64,000 bases of DNA from an uncultured Christensenella sp. (GCA_949282135.1 CASDOR010000027.1:24608-88607), one strand, 5' to 3'; shown: positions 29,504 through 40,676, numbered from the stretch's first letter. The notes: generated by a model from the sequence alone, not told the origin. Translations and numbers: made by a program.

Positions 29504-31153
29504 ATGACAGACATAGAAATTTCTAGCAAAGTAAAGGGAAAGAAAATACAAGAAGTAGCAAAATATCTTGGTATTCAGGAGTCAGATATTGAGTGCTATG
29601 GTTCGAACAAGGCAAAGATTAAGAATCTAAGTGTTAATCCAAAAAGTAAGCTAATTCTCGTAACTGCAATTAATCCAACAAGTCTTGGAGAGGGAAAAAC
29701 TACAGTCTCTATTGGACTTGCCGATGCTTTTAATATGTTAAATAAAAAAGTTTGCTTATCACTTAGAGAGCCATCTCTTGGACCTGTTTTTGGACTTAAG
29801 GGAGGGGCGACAGGTGGAGGATATAGCCAAGTTATTCCAATGGAAGATATAAACCTTCACTTTACAGGAGATTTTCATGCAATTACGAGTGCAAACAATT
29901 TGCTTGCCTCTTTTATTGATAATCATATTTATCAAGGCAATAGTCTTAAAATTAATCCTGAAAAAATAGTTTTTAATAGATGCTTAGACTTGAATGATAG
30001 GGCTCTTAGACAAGTCAAAGTTGCGTGCGGAGAGAAGAATGGGGTAGAAAGAGATGAAAAATTTAACATAACTGCTGCCTCTGAAATTATGGCAATACTT
30101 TGTTTAAGTTCAAGTTTAGATGATCTTAAAAGACGGCTTGGCAATATACTTGTAGCATATGACATAAATGATAATCCGGTTTTTGCACGTGACTTAAAAG
30201 CTGAGAATGCAATGACAATTTTACTAAAAGATGCAATAAAACCTAATTTAGTGCAAACTCTTTATGGTACTCCAGCTATTATTCATGGTGGACCATTTGC
30301 AAATATTGCACACGGATGTTCTTCAATTCTTGCTACAAAGATTGCTATGACTTATGCTGACTACACCATAACAGAAGCTGGATTTGGGGCAGACCTTGGT
30401 GCACAAAAATTCTTTGATACCAAATGCCGTATTGCTGGGCTTACGCCTGATGCGGTGGTTCTTGTTGCTACCGTAAGGGCTTTAAAGTTGCATGGTGGTA
30501 TGGATAAAAATGACCTAACAAAAAAGAATTTAAGTTACTTAAAAAAAGGCATGGCAAACCTTTATAAACATATTGAAAACATAAAAGACGTTTATATCTT
30601 ACCAGTTGTTGTTGCAATAAATAGGTTTGATAGTGATAGTGATGAAGAAGTCGATTTTATTAAAAAAGATTTAGAAGCTCATAGAATAAAAGTTCAAGAG
30701 ACGACCACGTGGAAAAATGGGGCAAAGGGTGGTGTTGCTCTTGCTAAAGAAGTAATAAATATGTGTGATAATGCTTTTTCAGCATTTGAATATTCCTATG
30801 ATGTTAATGAAAAAATAGATGATAAAATAAGAAAAATAGCAAGCAAAATTTATGGGGCAAAAGAAGTGCTTTTTAGTGGAAAGTCATTAATACAAATAAG
30901 AGAAATTGAAAAACTTAATAGAGCAAACCTGCCAGTAATCATAGCTAAAACACAATATTCTCTTTCAGATAATCCAAAACTTATTGGGAGACCAGAGGAA
31001 TTTGTAATAAAAATTAGAGATATAGAACTTAGAAATGGGGCGGAGTTTATAGTAGCAGTTGCAGGTAATATGCTTCTAATGCCTGGTTTGCCAAGAATTC
31101 CAGCTGGGGAAAATATGATAATTGAAAATGGTAAAATCTCAGGGCTTTTTTAA
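29504..31153 (+). CDS. fhs: Formate--tetrahydrofolate ligase
   Basis: 549 aa with INPTSLGEGKTT (P-loop of FTHFS), GGPFANIAHGC and EAGFGADLGAQKF. An extended -10 (TGCTATAAT) lies at 29454-29462. Confidence 0.95.
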   Translation: MTDIEISSKVKGKKIQEVAKYLGIQESDIECYGSNKAKIKNLSVNPKSKLILVTAINPTSLGEGKTTVSIGLADAFNMLNKKVCLSLREPSLGPVFGLKGGATGGGYSQVIPMEDINLHFTGDFHAITSANNLLASFIDNHIYQGNSLKINPEKIVFNRCLDLNDRALRQVKVACGEKNGVERDEKFNITAASEIMAILCLSSSLDDLKRRLGNILVAYDINDNPVFARDLKAENAMTILLKDAIKPNLVQTLYGTPAIIHGGPFANIAHGCSSILATKIAMTYADYTITEAGFGADLGAQKFFDTKCRIAGLTPDAVVLVATVRALKLHGGMDKNDLTKKNLSYLKKGMANLYKHIENIKDVYILPVVVAINRFDSDSDEEVDFIKKDLEAHRIKVQETTTWKNGAKGGVALAKEVINMCDNAFSAFEYSYDVNEKIDDKIRKIASKIYGAKEVLFSGKSLIQIREIEKLNRANLPVIIAKTQYSLSDNPKLIGRPEEFVIKIRDIELRNGAEFIVAVAGNMLLMPGLPRIPAGENMIIENGKISGLF

Positions 31154-31183
31154 TTTAAAAAAATAATTTTATAAAATTATGAT

Positions 31184-31218
31184 AAAAAATCTCTTTAATA
31201 CCTTTAAAGAGATTTTTT
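31184..31218. terminator. Bidirectional terminator between convergent fhs and CofE-like gene
   Basis: Perfect 15-bp stem AAAAAATCTCTTTAA / TTAAAGAGATTTTTT with a 5-nt loop. Confidence 0.75.
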
Positions 31219-31261
31219 AATTCACTAAATATTATAAAGTGCGTTAAAATAGATTACTTTA

Positions 31262-32443
31262 TTAATCTGCATAATTTGAAAAATAGTTTTGAATTAAAAC
31301 AACCGGTGTCCCTTTATCTCCGCTCCCACTAGTTAAATCTGCAAGCGAACCTAGTAAATCAACATATCTTCTTGGTGTAGTGCCTTGAGTTTCCATACTG
31401 CCTTTTAAATTTTTATTTTTGTTTTTGATTTCTTTTTTCATAGCATTGATTAGTTCTTCTCCACGTAAGTCCTTAAATTTATTATCAGATAAGAATTTTA
31501 ATTTTAATTCATTTGGTGTCCCAACTAATCCTTTTGTGTAGGCAGGGGAGACAGTTGGATCTGCTAACTCCCAAATACCTCCTACAGGGTCTTTAAATGC
31601 ACCATCTCCATAAATCATTACTTCAACTTTTTTACTAGTTCTTTTGAATATTTCTTTTTGTATTTTTTCTACTAATATTTGACCACTTTCAGGGAATAGT
31701 TTTACTCTTTCTTCGGTAGATTTATTTGAGCCTAATAAGCCATATTTAGAATTAAAGCCGCTACCGTCTACACTTTTATTTAAAAGGTCACATAAAGTTA
31801 AAACTTTTTCTCCGCCTGCATTTTTTATTATCTTTTGAGTCCTTAATCTTGTATGAATGTCAGCACAAATAACATTTTTTGTGTAATTTAAAATTGCTTT
31901 TGGATCGTTAGAAAGTATGATTTCCGTATTTTCACCGCCATACTCTTTGAATAGGTCTATATAATTTATTCCAGTAAACGTGTGAACTGGATGATTAAAC
32001 TTTTTATTAAATTCTTCTCCTGTAAATATGTCAGAGTATGGATTAACATTTGAGTTGTAAAAAACTTCTTTATCAACTAAAGAATTTCCCACTTCATCGC
32101 TAGGGTATGATAACTGAATTATAAGTTTTTTTACCCCTTTTGCAATACCTTTAAGTAGCATAGAAAACCTGTTGCGACTAAGAATAGGGAATACTAGTCC
32201 AACAGTTTGATCTTCACCAAATTTATTTTTTACGTCTTTAGCAATTTGGCTTATTGTAGCATAATTTCCTTCAGAGATGCCGACCACAGCTTCAGTTACA
32301 GCAATAACGTCTTTATCTTGTAATTCTATATTTTCTGTTTTGATGGCATTTATTATGCTGTCACAAACTATTTGTGCGAGATTATCTCCTTCCTTGATAA
32401 TAGGAGTTTTAATTCCTCTTGAAATTGTACCAAAAACTTTCAT
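31262..32443 (-). CDS. CofE-like (F420-0:gamma-glutamyl ligase family) protein
   Basis: 393 aa from ATG 32443 (SD aagagg). The N-terminus (GIKTPIIKEGDNLAQIV..LQDKDVIAVTEAVVGISEGNY) follows the F420_ligase-domain pattern common in Clostridia-type genomes. Confidence 0.55.
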   Translation of the reverse strand: MKVFGTISRGIKTPIIKEGDNLAQIVCDSIINAIKTENIELQDKDVIAVTEAVVGISEGNYATISQIAKDVKNKFGEDQTVGLVFPILSRNRFSMLLKGIAKGVKKLIIQLSYPSDEVGNSLVDKEVFYNSNVNPYSDIFTGEEFNKKFNHPVHTFTGINYIDLFKEYGGENTEIILSNDPKAILNYTKNVICADIHTRLRTQKIIKNAGGEKVLTLCDLLNKSVDGSGFNSKYGLLGSNKSTEERVKLFPESGQILVEKIQKEIFKRTSKKVEVMIYGDGAFKDPVGGIWELADPTVSPAYTKGLVGTPNELKLKFLSDNKFKDLRGEELINAMKKEIKNKNKNLKGSMETQGTTPRRYVDLLGSLADLTSGSGDKGTPVVLIQNYFSNYAD

Positions 32444-32552
32444 AAACTTTACCTCTTTTATTACATCATAATAGAAATTTGGGCACATGGTCAAATAAAT
32501 TTAATTATTTTTATTTTTTTATTCAATTTTAATTCTGGTACTTTAATAGCGT

Positions 32553-32583
32553 AAAAAAAACTAGAGGTTAGTCTAGCCTCTAG
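32553..32583 (-). terminator. Rho-independent terminator after the bPH-domain gene
   Basis: On the minus strand, CTAGAGG-9 nt-CCTCTAG is followed by TTTTTTTT. Confidence 0.65.
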
Positions 32584-32607
32584 ATTTCTTTTGAAAAGTC
32601 ATTTATT

Positions 32608-33297
32608 CTAATTAGCTTTAGTAGTTTTTTTAGAAGTTGTAGATTTTGTCTTTTTTGTAGTAGAAGACTTTTTAGTGGTTGTTGACTTTTTAGTAGTAGT
32701 GGATGCCTTTTTACTATTTGATGTCCTCGTCTTCTTTTCTTCTTTAACTTCCTCTTGTTTTGGTTCTTGAGTAGTTATCTCGCTTGTGCTTTCTTCTACT
32801 GCTTTTACTTCGTTTGCTTCACTAGTTTTAGCCTCGTTTGAATTGTTGTTTTTATTTGCTTCTGCCTTTTCGTTTTCATTTTTACTATTTATTTTTAGGT
32901 TTATTATATCCATTAACTTATCATTGTCATTTACCGCAATATAATAAACTTTTTGTTTGCCGTTCTCGTCATAAGTAAGAATTCTAAGTCTGTCTATGGA
33001 ATGCGCTAGGGAAGAATAGAGGTTTTTAGATTTTTCTACTCTTGCAATTTGACTAAAAGGGATTTCATATTTGAAAATCCCAGTTTTAAATGTAATCTTG
33101 TCGTCATCAAGATCACAAGATGCAAAAATGACTGATGTGTCATAAATTACCATTATACCAAATACAATAGCAAAAATGACCCAGAAAAACCATGCGTCTG
33201 GCATAAGCGCCAAGAGGGCAAGGGCAAGTAAAACAAAAACATAGAGAGCATTAAACAAAAAAATTAAAATAAAATCTCTTTTTATAGAAAAATGCAT
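32608..33297 (-). CDS. Membrane protein with bacterial PH-like domain and K/S/T-rich tail
   Basis: 229 aa with two N-terminal TM helices and a segment (DDDKITFKTGIFKYEIPFSQIARVEKSKNLYSSLAHSIDRLRI) that resembles bPH (DUF1200-type) domains. The C-terminus is low-complexity (KKSTTTKKSSTTKKTKSTTSKK). Confidence 0.5.
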   Translation of the reverse strand: MHFSIKRDFILIFLFNALYVFVLLALALLALMPDAWFFWVIFAIVFGIMVIYDTSVIFASCDLDDDKITFKTGIFKYEIPFSQIARVEKSKNLYSSLAHSIDRLRILTYDENGKQKVYYIAVNDNDKLMDIINLKINSKNENEKAEANKNNNSNEAKTSEANEVKAVEESTSEITTQEPKQEEVKEEKKTRTSNSKKASTTTKKSTTTKKSSTTKKTKSTTSKKTTKAN

Positions 33298-33351
33298 ATT
33301 TTTTTCTCCTTTATGTATAATTTTTTATGACTTTTCAAATTATTTAATTAG

Positions 33352-33906
33352 TTAGTTTTCAGAAATTAAATTTTCAAACACATACTCGTATATTTGTGCA
33401 GCTTTTTTACACCATTTTTTGCCTGCAGAGACTGCACTGTTTCTAGTTGATGTCTTAAGCCTAATTTCAAATATAGTTTGTGCAAGTGTTGGTTCTTTAA
33501 TTCTAAAAACAACAGTGTGTGAGCCATCGCTATTTTTGAAGTATTCATAGACGTATTCTTGATTCCTCTTAAAGACCATGCGATTTTGCTTTGCATAATT
33601 TACAATCTCTTCGCGTGTGTGCTGTCTTATCCTATTAAAGAAATGAGCTAAGCAATTACGTCCTTCAATTGTTATTGCATATCTAACGTCGCTTGGTTCT
33701 ACTTCAAAGCCGTCTTCTTCGAGTTTGTAAATAAACTTAACATCAATTAACTGTGATAGAGCTTCCTTACAATCAATGTATTTTAGCCAATCATTACGAC
33801 TTGTACAAATATCAATGATTGAATTTTCAGTCAAAGGAATCTCCATTTGGTCAAGTACGAAAAGCAAAATAAGTTTTTTTACAGCATCGTCAAGAACTAC
33901 ATCCAT
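33352..33906 (-). CDS. DUF4364-like putative transcriptional regulator
   Basis: 184 aa. The N-terminus (KKLILLFVLDQMEIPLTENSIIDICTS.NDWLKYIDCKEALSQLID) matches my recollection of the DUF4364 (PadR-fold) family. Confidence 0.45.
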   Translation of the reverse strand: MDVVLDDAVKKLILLFVLDQMEIPLTENSIIDICTSRNDWLKYIDCKEALSQLIDVKFIYKLEEDGFEVEPSDVRYAITIEGRNCLAHFFNRIRQHTREEIVNYAKQNRMVFKRNQEYVYEYFKNSDGSHTVVFRIKEPTLAQTIFEIRLKTSTRNSAVSAGKKWCKKAAQIYEYVFENLISEN

Positions 33907-34061
33907 TTGTTAGCATCCACTCCTAGTTAAATAATTCCTTAATAATATAACAAATTGTACAAAAAAAAGCAAACAAATAAAGATAATTGCTTAATTTTGT
34001 TTTTTTTAATTTTTATTTGTGCTATTATACTATAAATTAATCTTGTATTGAGAGGTAGATA

Positions 34062-34883
34062 ATGGATAATACATATACAGAAAGTAGTAATGAAATCTTT
34101 AATTTTTTTTCAGCTTGTGACGAATTTATAGAGGGTAAATTTATACTTGCCGATATTAAAATTGCAAAAATTTTACGTTCAATTTCAGAATCAAATATAA
34201 TTTATGATTTGATTGCAGAAAGTTTAATTAATTATGATTTTAAAAAAGAATATGAGTACCTACATAATGATTCTACTGAGCATCATAATGGAATATTAAC
34301 TTTACCAAATAACAATCAAGTTATAATCCCTTTTGCTTTTTCGCTACTTGTTGAAATTGATAGTAAGCAAATTAATTTTAACGAGTTCCTTGCAAAGGAA
34401 TTTCCTAATGCGACTTCTCAAAAAGAGGAATATACTGTTTTTGCAAATCAAATAATTCTTCCATTTAAAAATGCGGTAAAACAGGAATTAGGTTTTGAGG
34501 ACGAAGAGGAGGGTGAAAATGACATTTCAACTTTAGTCCAAAAAGAAAATGATAGAATCGATAGGATCGAGGAAGAAGGTGAGGATTTAGAAGACGAAGA
34601 AGACGCGGAATATCTAGACGAGGAAGATGAAGAGAAGCTTTTATTTGATAGAGTTTCTAGAATGGGAAATATTATTAACGACAAATTAATTTTCATTAAT
34701 AAAGCTATGCGTAGGTCGAACGTTGAACTTCTTGTTAATGCTTTACAAGAAGCATGCAAAATTAAAAATTTGACAATTCTTATTGCAATTGTTATGGCAC
34801 TAAACGAGATGGCATATAAAGAAAAAAAGCTTAGAAAGGAGCTTGATGAGATAAATAATATCTGTCTTGAGTTTTATAATTAG
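34062..34883 (+). CDS. Hypothetical protein with central poly-acidic segment
   Basis: 273-aa ORF divergent from the DUF4364-like gene. It contains an E/D-rich stretch (EDEEEGEND..EEEGEDLEDEEDAEYLDEEDEE). No family recognised. Confidence 0.5.
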   Translation: MDNTYTESSNEIFNFFSACDEFIEGKFILADIKIAKILRSISESNIIYDLIAESLINYDFKKEYEYLHNDSTEHHNGILTLPNNNQVIIPFAFSLLVEIDSKQINFNEFLAKEFPNATSQKEEYTVFANQIILPFKNAVKQELGFEDEEEGENDISTLVQKENDRIDRIEEEGEDLEDEEDAEYLDEEDEEKLLFDRVSRMGNIINDKLIFINKAMRRSNVELLVNALQEACKIKNLTILIAIVMALNEMAYKEKKLRKELDEINNICLEFYN

Positions 34884-34891
34884 GCACGGTT

Positions 34892-35878
34892 TTAAAGCAA
34901 AATAAGGCTAAAAAGACCACTTATTAAAATTGAAATAATTGTTTGGGTTACTTTGGTTAATAGAAAGTAATTATATTTTATGCCGACTTTTGATAAAAAC
35001 ATTTGGGATTGTAAGTGAATTGACAATCCTCCAAAACTAATCATGGCGGTAAGTAAAATGGATAAAAGTTGTTTTGACATGTCTATATCTAAGAGAGAAA
35101 CACAACCATTAGTTAATTCGACAACACCTTTTATTACCTGCTCAAAGAAATTTAAATGAAGCGTTGCATTAAAAAAGTTTATGATGTTACTAAAAAAAGG
35201 TAAGGTTGTTAAAAACTCAAGTAATGTAAAAGAAAGAGTAATATATCCGCCCACCATGAGTACAGAAATAATTGTATCATACATGATATCATTTAATGTT
35301 TTCTTTACTTTTGTTTCACTTGTTTTAGGTGGGTTTTTAGTGCCAATTTCAGGAAATTTATTGCCAACATTACGGTATAGCAATCCATTCAAAAAAGAGG
35401 ATAAGAGATGAGAAATAAGAATAACCACTCCTATTTTATAGTCGTTAAACATACCTACGGCAACACTACCGAGCACAAACATAGGCCCTGAAGTAGAACA
35501 AAAAGAAATTAGACGTTTAGCTTCAGTTTGAGTAATTGTTCCGTCTAAGTAGAATTCAGAAATTAACTTTGCGCCGATAGGATAGCCTGACATAATACTC
35601 ATAATAAATATGTAACTGCCTGTCCGTTTTACCTTAAAAAATTTATAAAAAAGTTTATCTAAGAAGCCAAAGAGCTTAAGCGAGGACTTCAAACTCATAA
35701 ATAATTTTGTAAGAATAAAAAAAACAAAAAGACTTGGTAATACTATGGTAGCCCATACTTTTAAGCCAGAGTATGTAGAAGAAATATATGGCGAAGGATT
35801 TAATGAGATTAGCAAAATAACAGCAAACAAAATAAAGCAAAAAATAAATTCATAATTTTTTTTGAAAAAGTTTACCAT
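34892..35878 (-). CDS. YlbJ-like sporulation integral membrane protein (nucleoside-recognition/Gate domain)
   Basis: 328 aa, polytopic. MSGYPIGAKLISEFY..GTITQTEAKRLISFCSTSGPMFVLGSV resembles the YlbJ signature. Confidence 0.55.
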   Translation of the reverse strand: MVNFFKKNYEFIFCFILFAVILLISLNPSPYISSTYSGLKVWATIVLPSLFVFFILTKLFMSLKSSLKLFGFLDKLFYKFFKVKRTGSYIFIMSIMSGYPIGAKLISEFYLDGTITQTEAKRLISFCSTSGPMFVLGSVAVGMFNDYKIGVVILISHLLSSFLNGLLYRNVGNKFPEIGTKNPPKTSETKVKKTLNDIMYDTIISVLMVGGYITLSFTLLEFLTTLPFFSNIINFFNATLHLNFFEQVIKGVVELTNGCVSLLDIDMSKQLLSILLTAMISFGGLSIHLQSQMFLSKVGIKYNYFLLTKVTQTIISILISGLFSLILL

Positions 35879-35981
35879 ATTAAAATTTATTTATTCAAAA
35901 AATAAATTATGAAACTAATAAAAATCATTTGCAAATTTATTATCATTTTGCGTATAATATTTTTAAATAAAAGAGGGAAAA

Positions 35982-36764
35982 ATGAAAAGGGTAGCACTTG
36001 TTTTAAGTGGTGGATCTGCATATGGATTTGCACATATAGGAGTAATAAAAGTTTTAGAAGCAAATAACATAAAAGTTGATATAGTTGGAGGCACTTCAAT
36101 GGGTGCGTTAGTTGGTGGAGTGTATTCTGCTGGAATAACTATAAATAGAATGGAAGAACTACTTGTTGGGTTTTCAAGAAGAAAAATAATGGACTTTAAT
36201 CCATTTGTCTTGACAGACGATGGCTTTTTGTTTGGTAAGAAAGTTACAAATCTTTTAAAAAGTATAGTTGGTGATAAAAATATTGAGGATTGTGAAAAAG
36301 AATTCTTTTGTATTGCTACTGATTTAGTTAAGGGTAAAAAAATAGTCTTTAAAAAGGGGTCATTAGTTGATGCAATTCGTGCTAGTATATCTGTTCCTGG
36401 AATATTTAAACCAATTAGGAAAGATGGCATGTGCCTTGTAGATGGTGGTATTTGTGATAATTTGCCAGTGGGTGAAGCTAGAAAACTAGATGCTGATGTT
36501 GTAATTGCTGTTGACGTGAGTACGCATTATAAAAAAGAAAATAATTTGAAATCTGCATTTGATATTATAGTAAGTGCCTCTAATCTTACAATGTCAAATT
36601 GGATGAAGACACTACAAGATAAAGGTGATGTCTATATAAAGATAGATCAACCAAAAGTCTCTTTTCTTAAATTTTCATATGAAGATGCGGTGACTTCAAT
36701 CAAATATGGTGAGAAAATGGCTAAGAAGATGCTTCCAGAGATACTTGAGAAGCTAAAGGACTGA
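35982..36764 (+). CDS. Patatin-like phospholipase
   Basis: 260 aa with an oxyanion GGSAYG, nucleophile elbow GTSMGA (GxSxG) and catalytic DGG (LVDGGICDN). Confidence 0.9.
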   Translation: MKRVALVLSGGSAYGFAHIGVIKVLEANNIKVDIVGGTSMGALVGGVYSAGITINRMEELLVGFSRRKIMDFNPFVLTDDGFLFGKKVTNLLKSIVGDKNIEDCEKEFFCIATDLVKGKKIVFKKGSLVDAIRASISVPGIFKPIRKDGMCLVDGGICDNLPVGEARKLDADVVIAVDVSTHYKKENNLKSAFDIIVSASNLTMSNWMKTLQDKGDVYIKIDQPKVSFLKFSYEDAVTSIKYGEKMAKKMLPEILEKLKD

Positions 36765-36800
36765 TTTTAAGTTTTTAACGTAAATTGTAAATTTGAAAAG

Positions 36801-36832
36801 TCTAGCCTTTGCTTATGTTGGCTAGATTTTTT
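36801..36832 (+). terminator. Rho-independent terminator after patatin-like gene
   Basis: TCTAGCC-12 nt-GGCTAGA followed by TTTTTT. Confidence 0.6.
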
Positions 36833-36973
36833 ATGTTATGTTGTGTTATGTTTTAGAAGTAAACGTGATTTCAAGGACTAAATAAAATTTTGACTTTAAA
36901 AAAGGAAAAGCCTCAAATTAAAATACTAGACAATCAAGTTAACATGGTGTATCATTTAATCAAGGTAGGGAAT

Positions 36974-37969
36974 ATGTTTAAAATTTCAAGTTTGTTTAAA
37001 GAGGCTAAAAGGTTAAACAAGACTATTGTTTTTCCAGAAGCGGAATACAGCGAAAGAGTAATTAAAGCGGTAGAAATAGTACTAAAAAAACAAATAGCAA
37101 AGGTTATACTCCTTGGAAATCCAGAAAAGATTTTAGAAAAATCAAAAAGGCTCAAGAAAGCGATAATCATTGAACCAAAAAATTCTGAGTTAATGCCAGA
37201 GTTTATAGAAGAGCTTGTAAGGATAAGAGGACATAAGGGAGTAGACGAGGCAAAGGCAAAAGAGTTATTAGCTGATAATTTTTATTTTGCCACAATGCTA
37301 GTTGAGATGGGATATGCAGATGGATATTTAGGTGGAGCCAAGACATCTACTTCTGATGTTTTACGACCTGCATTACAAATTATAAAGACAGAGGAAGGTA
37401 TAAAAACAGCATCCTCTTGCTTTATGATTGTTGGAACAAATAAGCTAGGCTTTGGCGAAAACAATGTATTATTTGTTGCTGACTCTGCTTTAAATATTAG
37501 TCCTAGTGCTGAACAGTTAAAAGATATTGTGCTGTCAACAACAAAAACTGCGGTTGATTTTTGTAACATATCTCCAAAGGTTGCAATGTTGTCTTTTTCT
37601 AGTTTTGGCAGTGGTGGGGATGAGGATGCTAGTATTCTTAAAATACGTGAAGCAATAGAGCTCGTAAAAAAAGAAAAAAGAGAACTGACTATAGATGGGG
37701 AAATGCAATTAGATTGTGCTTTAGTAAAAGAAGTCGCAAAAGTGAAAGCAAAAAACTCTTTAGTTGCCGGACAGGCAAATATACTTATTTTTCCTGACCT
37801 AAATTCAGGAAACATAGGTTATAAGTTGATTGAAAGATTTGGCAAATTGCAAGCTGTTGGGGTTATAATGCAGGGCTTTAAAAAGCCAATTAATGATTTG
37901 TCTAGAGGGTGTAATGTTAAAGATATTGTAATTATGACTGCGATTACAAGTATTCAGGCAAAAGATTAA
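36974..37969 (+). CDS. pta: Phosphate acetyltransferase
   Basis: 331 aa from ATG 36974 (SD aaggtaggg) with TIVFPEAE.., PALQIIKT and GEMQLDCAL..ANILIFPDLNSGNIGYK. ackA follows. Confidence 0.93.
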   Translation: MFKISSLFKEAKRLNKTIVFPEAEYSERVIKAVEIVLKKQIAKVILLGNPEKILEKSKRLKKAIIIEPKNSELMPEFIEELVRIRGHKGVDEAKAKELLADNFYFATMLVEMGYADGYLGGAKTSTSDVLRPALQIIKTEEGIKTASSCFMIVGTNKLGFGENNVLFVADSALNISPSAEQLKDIVLSTTKTAVDFCNISPKVAMLSFSSFGSGGDEDASILKIREAIELVKKEKRELTIDGEMQLDCALVKEVAKVKAKNSLVAGQANILIFPDLNSGNIGYKLIERFGKLQAVGVIMQGFKKPINDLSRGCNVKDIVIMTAITSIQAKD

Positions 37970-38054
37970 AATTTGGTTTGAAAATTATAAAAAAAAGATT
38001 ATAATGATTAAAGCAATCTTTTATTGCAAATTTATTATGTTAAAAGGAATTATT

Positions 38055-39254
38055 ATGAATATTTTAGTTATTAATGCAGGTAGTAGTTCAATTAAGTATC
38101 AACTAATTGATATGAATGAGGAAAAAGTTCTTGCTAAGGGTTTAGTAGAAAAGATAGGATTACGAGATTCAAAAATTACACATAAAGTGAATGGTAATGC
38201 TACAGAAATAGAAAAGCCTCTTAATAATCATGCAGAAGGACTTGAAATTGTGTTAAAGGTTCTCGTTGACGATAAAATTGGAGTTATAAAGTCTCTTAAT
38301 GAAATTTCTGCAATAGGACATAGAATTTTGCATGGTGGCGGAAAATATGACAGAGCGGTTATAATTGATGACAAAGTTTTGGAGGATTTGAAAAAATTTA
38401 TACCTCTAGGGCCATTACATATGCCAGCAAATATTTTAGGAGTTGAGGCATGTAAAGAAGTAATGCCTGGAAAAATAAATGTTGGAGTATTTGATACTGC
38501 TTTTCATGCGACAATGCCTGAGTATGCGTACAGATATGCTGTTCCATATGATTGGTGTGAAAAATACGGGGTTAGGAAATATGGTTTTCATGGAACTAGT
38601 CATGAATACATTGCTAAAGAGACAGCAAGGGTAATGAATAAAGATATTAAAGCTTTAAGGATTATTTCATGTCATCTAGGCAATGGGGCAAGTGTATGTG
38701 CTATAAAAAATGGTAAATGTGTCGACACTTCCATGGGCTTTACACCTCTTGAAGGCTTAGTAATGGGAACAAGGTGCGGTGACATTGACCCAGCGGTTGT
38801 TGAGTTTGTTATGGATAATACTGGTATAGATGTTCATCAAGTTTTAAAAGTATTTAATAAAGAAAGTGGTTTACTTGGTATCAGCGGTGTAAGCAGTGAT
38901 ATGAGGGATGTACTTAAAGAGGCGAATGCTGGAAATAGAAGGGCTAAGCTTGCGATAGATAAGTTTATTTATGCAGTAAAAAAATATATTGGAGCATATG
39001 CTGCTAGTATGGGTGGAGTAGATGCTATTTCTTTTAGTGCTGGGACTGGTGAAAATAGAGATGACATAAGAGAACAAATAATGGATGGTTTAGATTTCCT
39101 TGGGGTTGAATTTGATAAGGATGCTAATAAGAACTTTGTTCGAGGTCAAAACTTTAAAATTTCAAAAAGTTCTTCTAAGGTAGGAGTATACATTATTCCG
39201 ACTGACGAGGAAATGAGTATTGCTAGACAAACGAAAGAGTTAATTACAAAATAA
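38055..39254 (+). CDS. ackA: Acetate kinase
   Basis: 399 aa from ATG 38055 with MNILVINAGSSSIKYQL, FDTAFH, GFHGTSH and ISCHLGNGASVCA. Confidence 0.95.
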   Translation: MNILVINAGSSSIKYQLIDMNEEKVLAKGLVEKIGLRDSKITHKVNGNATEIEKPLNNHAEGLEIVLKVLVDDKIGVIKSLNEISAIGHRILHGGGKYDRAVIIDDKVLEDLKKFIPLGPLHMPANILGVEACKEVMPGKINVGVFDTAFHATMPEYAYRYAVPYDWCEKYGVRKYGFHGTSHEYIAKETARVMNKDIKALRIISCHLGNGASVCAIKNGKCVDTSMGFTPLEGLVMGTRCGDIDPAVVEFVMDNTGIDVHQVLKVFNKESGLLGISGVSSDMRDVLKEANAGNRRAKLAIDKFIYAVKKYIGAYAASMGGVDAISFSAGTGENRDDIREQIMDGLDFLGVEFDKDANKNFVRGQNFKISKSSSKVGVYIIPTDEEMSIARQTKELITK

Positions 39255-39272
39255 GTTAAGAAGGGAAATAAA

Positions 39273-40658
39273 ATGGAAAATGTTACTATGCAAAAATTAG
39301 TTGCTTATTGCAAAAATAGAGGATTTGTTTTCCCGGGGAGTGAAATTTATGGCGGGCTTGCAAATACTTGGGATTATGGCCCACTAGGGGTGGAACTAAA
39401 AAATAACATAAAACGTGCTTGGTGGGATTATTTTGTTACAAAAGATGAAAATAGTTATGGTGTTGATTGTGCTATTTTAATGAATCCTAGAGTGTGGGAA
39501 GCAAGCGGACACGTTGCATCTTTTTCTGATCCTAAAATGGATTGTAAGTTTTGTAAAACAAGACATAGGGCAGATAATCTAATTGAAGAGTACAACAAAA
39601 AACACAATATTGAGATGGCTGTCGACCTTATGAGTAAGGAAGAGATGTCAAAATATATAAAAGACCACAGTATAAAGTGCCCAAATTGCGGAAAATGTGA
39701 TTTTACAGAAATTAAAAATTTTAACTTAATGTTTCAAACAAAACGTGGTGTTACAGAAGATAATAGTGACGTTATTTACCTTAGACCAGAAACTTGCCAA
39801 GGCGAGTATGTCAATTTTTTAAATGTCCAAAGAACAATGAGAGCAAAAATTCCTTTTGGAATTGGTCAAATTGGTAAATCATTTAGAAATGAAATTACAC
39901 CTGGAAATTTTATTTTTAGGACTATTGAATTTGAGCAGATGGAATATCAGTTGTTCTGTAAAGAGGGAGATGACGAGAAGTTTTTTGAAGAATATAAGCA
40001 TAAGGTCATGGACTTCTACAAATCTCTTGGACTTCCTGCTGAAAAGTTAAAGTTTAAAGATCATGATAAGTTAGCTTTCTACGCAAAAGCTGCAACTGAC
40101 ATTGTTTTTAAATTTCCTTTTGGTTGGGAAGAGTTAAATGGAATACATAATAGAACAAATTATGATTTATCGAGACATCAAGAATATTCAGGCAAAAACT
40201 TAATGTATCTTGATCCTATTACAAATGAGAAGTTTATTCCGTATATTATTGAATTTTCTGTCGGTGCTGATAGATTGTTTTTAACACTAATTGCCGATGC
40301 ATATACTGAAGAGACTCTTGAAAATGGGGAAACAAGAGTTGTTCTTAAAATTTTACCAAAGCTAGCCCCAATAAAAGTTGCTGTTTTACCACTTCAAAAG
40401 AATTTAAGCGAAAAGGGTAGAGAAGTCTTTAAGACGTTACAAAAGAATTTTAATTGTGATTATGACGAATCTGGTAGTATTGGTAAGAGATATAGAAGAC
40501 ATGATGAAATAGGAACACCTTATTGTGTAACAATAGACTTTGACACTCTTGAAGATAATACTGTCACTGTGCGTGATAGGGACACAATGAAACAAGAGAG
40601 AATACAAATAAGTGAGCTTAATGCATATTTAAATAATAGAATTTTCAGTAATAATTAA
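39273..40658 (+). CDS. glyQS: Glycyl-tRNA synthetase (alpha2 type)
   Basis: 461 aa with [24 protein letters not shown], a class II motif 2 region ([24 protein letters not shown]) and a C-terminal anticodon-binding domain. Confidence 0.95.
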   Translation: MENVTMQKLVAYCKNRGFVFPGSEIYGGLANTWDYGPLGVELKNNIKRAWWDYFVTKDENSYGVDCAILMNPRVWEASGHVASFSDPKMDCKFCKTRHRADNLIEEYNKKHNIEMAVDLMSKEEMSKYIKDHSIKCPNCGKCDFTEIKNFNLMFQTKRGVTEDNSDVIYLRPETCQGEYVNFLNVQRTMRAKIPFGIGQIGKSFRNEITPGNFIFRTIEFEQMEYQLFCKEGDDEKFFEEYKHKVMDFYKSLGLPAEKLKFKDHDKLAFYAKAATDIVFKFPFGWEELNGIHNRTNYDLSRHQEYSGKNLMYLDPITNEKFIPYIIEFSVGADRLFLTLIADAYTEETLENGETRVVLKILPKLAPIKVAVLPLQKNLSEKGREVFKTLQKNFNCDYDESGSIGKRYRRHDEIGTPYCVTIDFDTLEDNTVTVRDRDTMKQERIQISELNAYLNNRIFSNN

Positions 40659-40676
40659 AAGAGAGGAAGGGATTTT

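Noticed and set aside
36890-36973. Upstream extensions of the pta (36890), ackA (38004), mntP (29427), CofE-like (32494) and scpB (12411) ORFs
   Set aside because: Internal ATGs with good SDs coincide with the conserved N-termini of the respective families. The extensions are AT-rich leader sequence.
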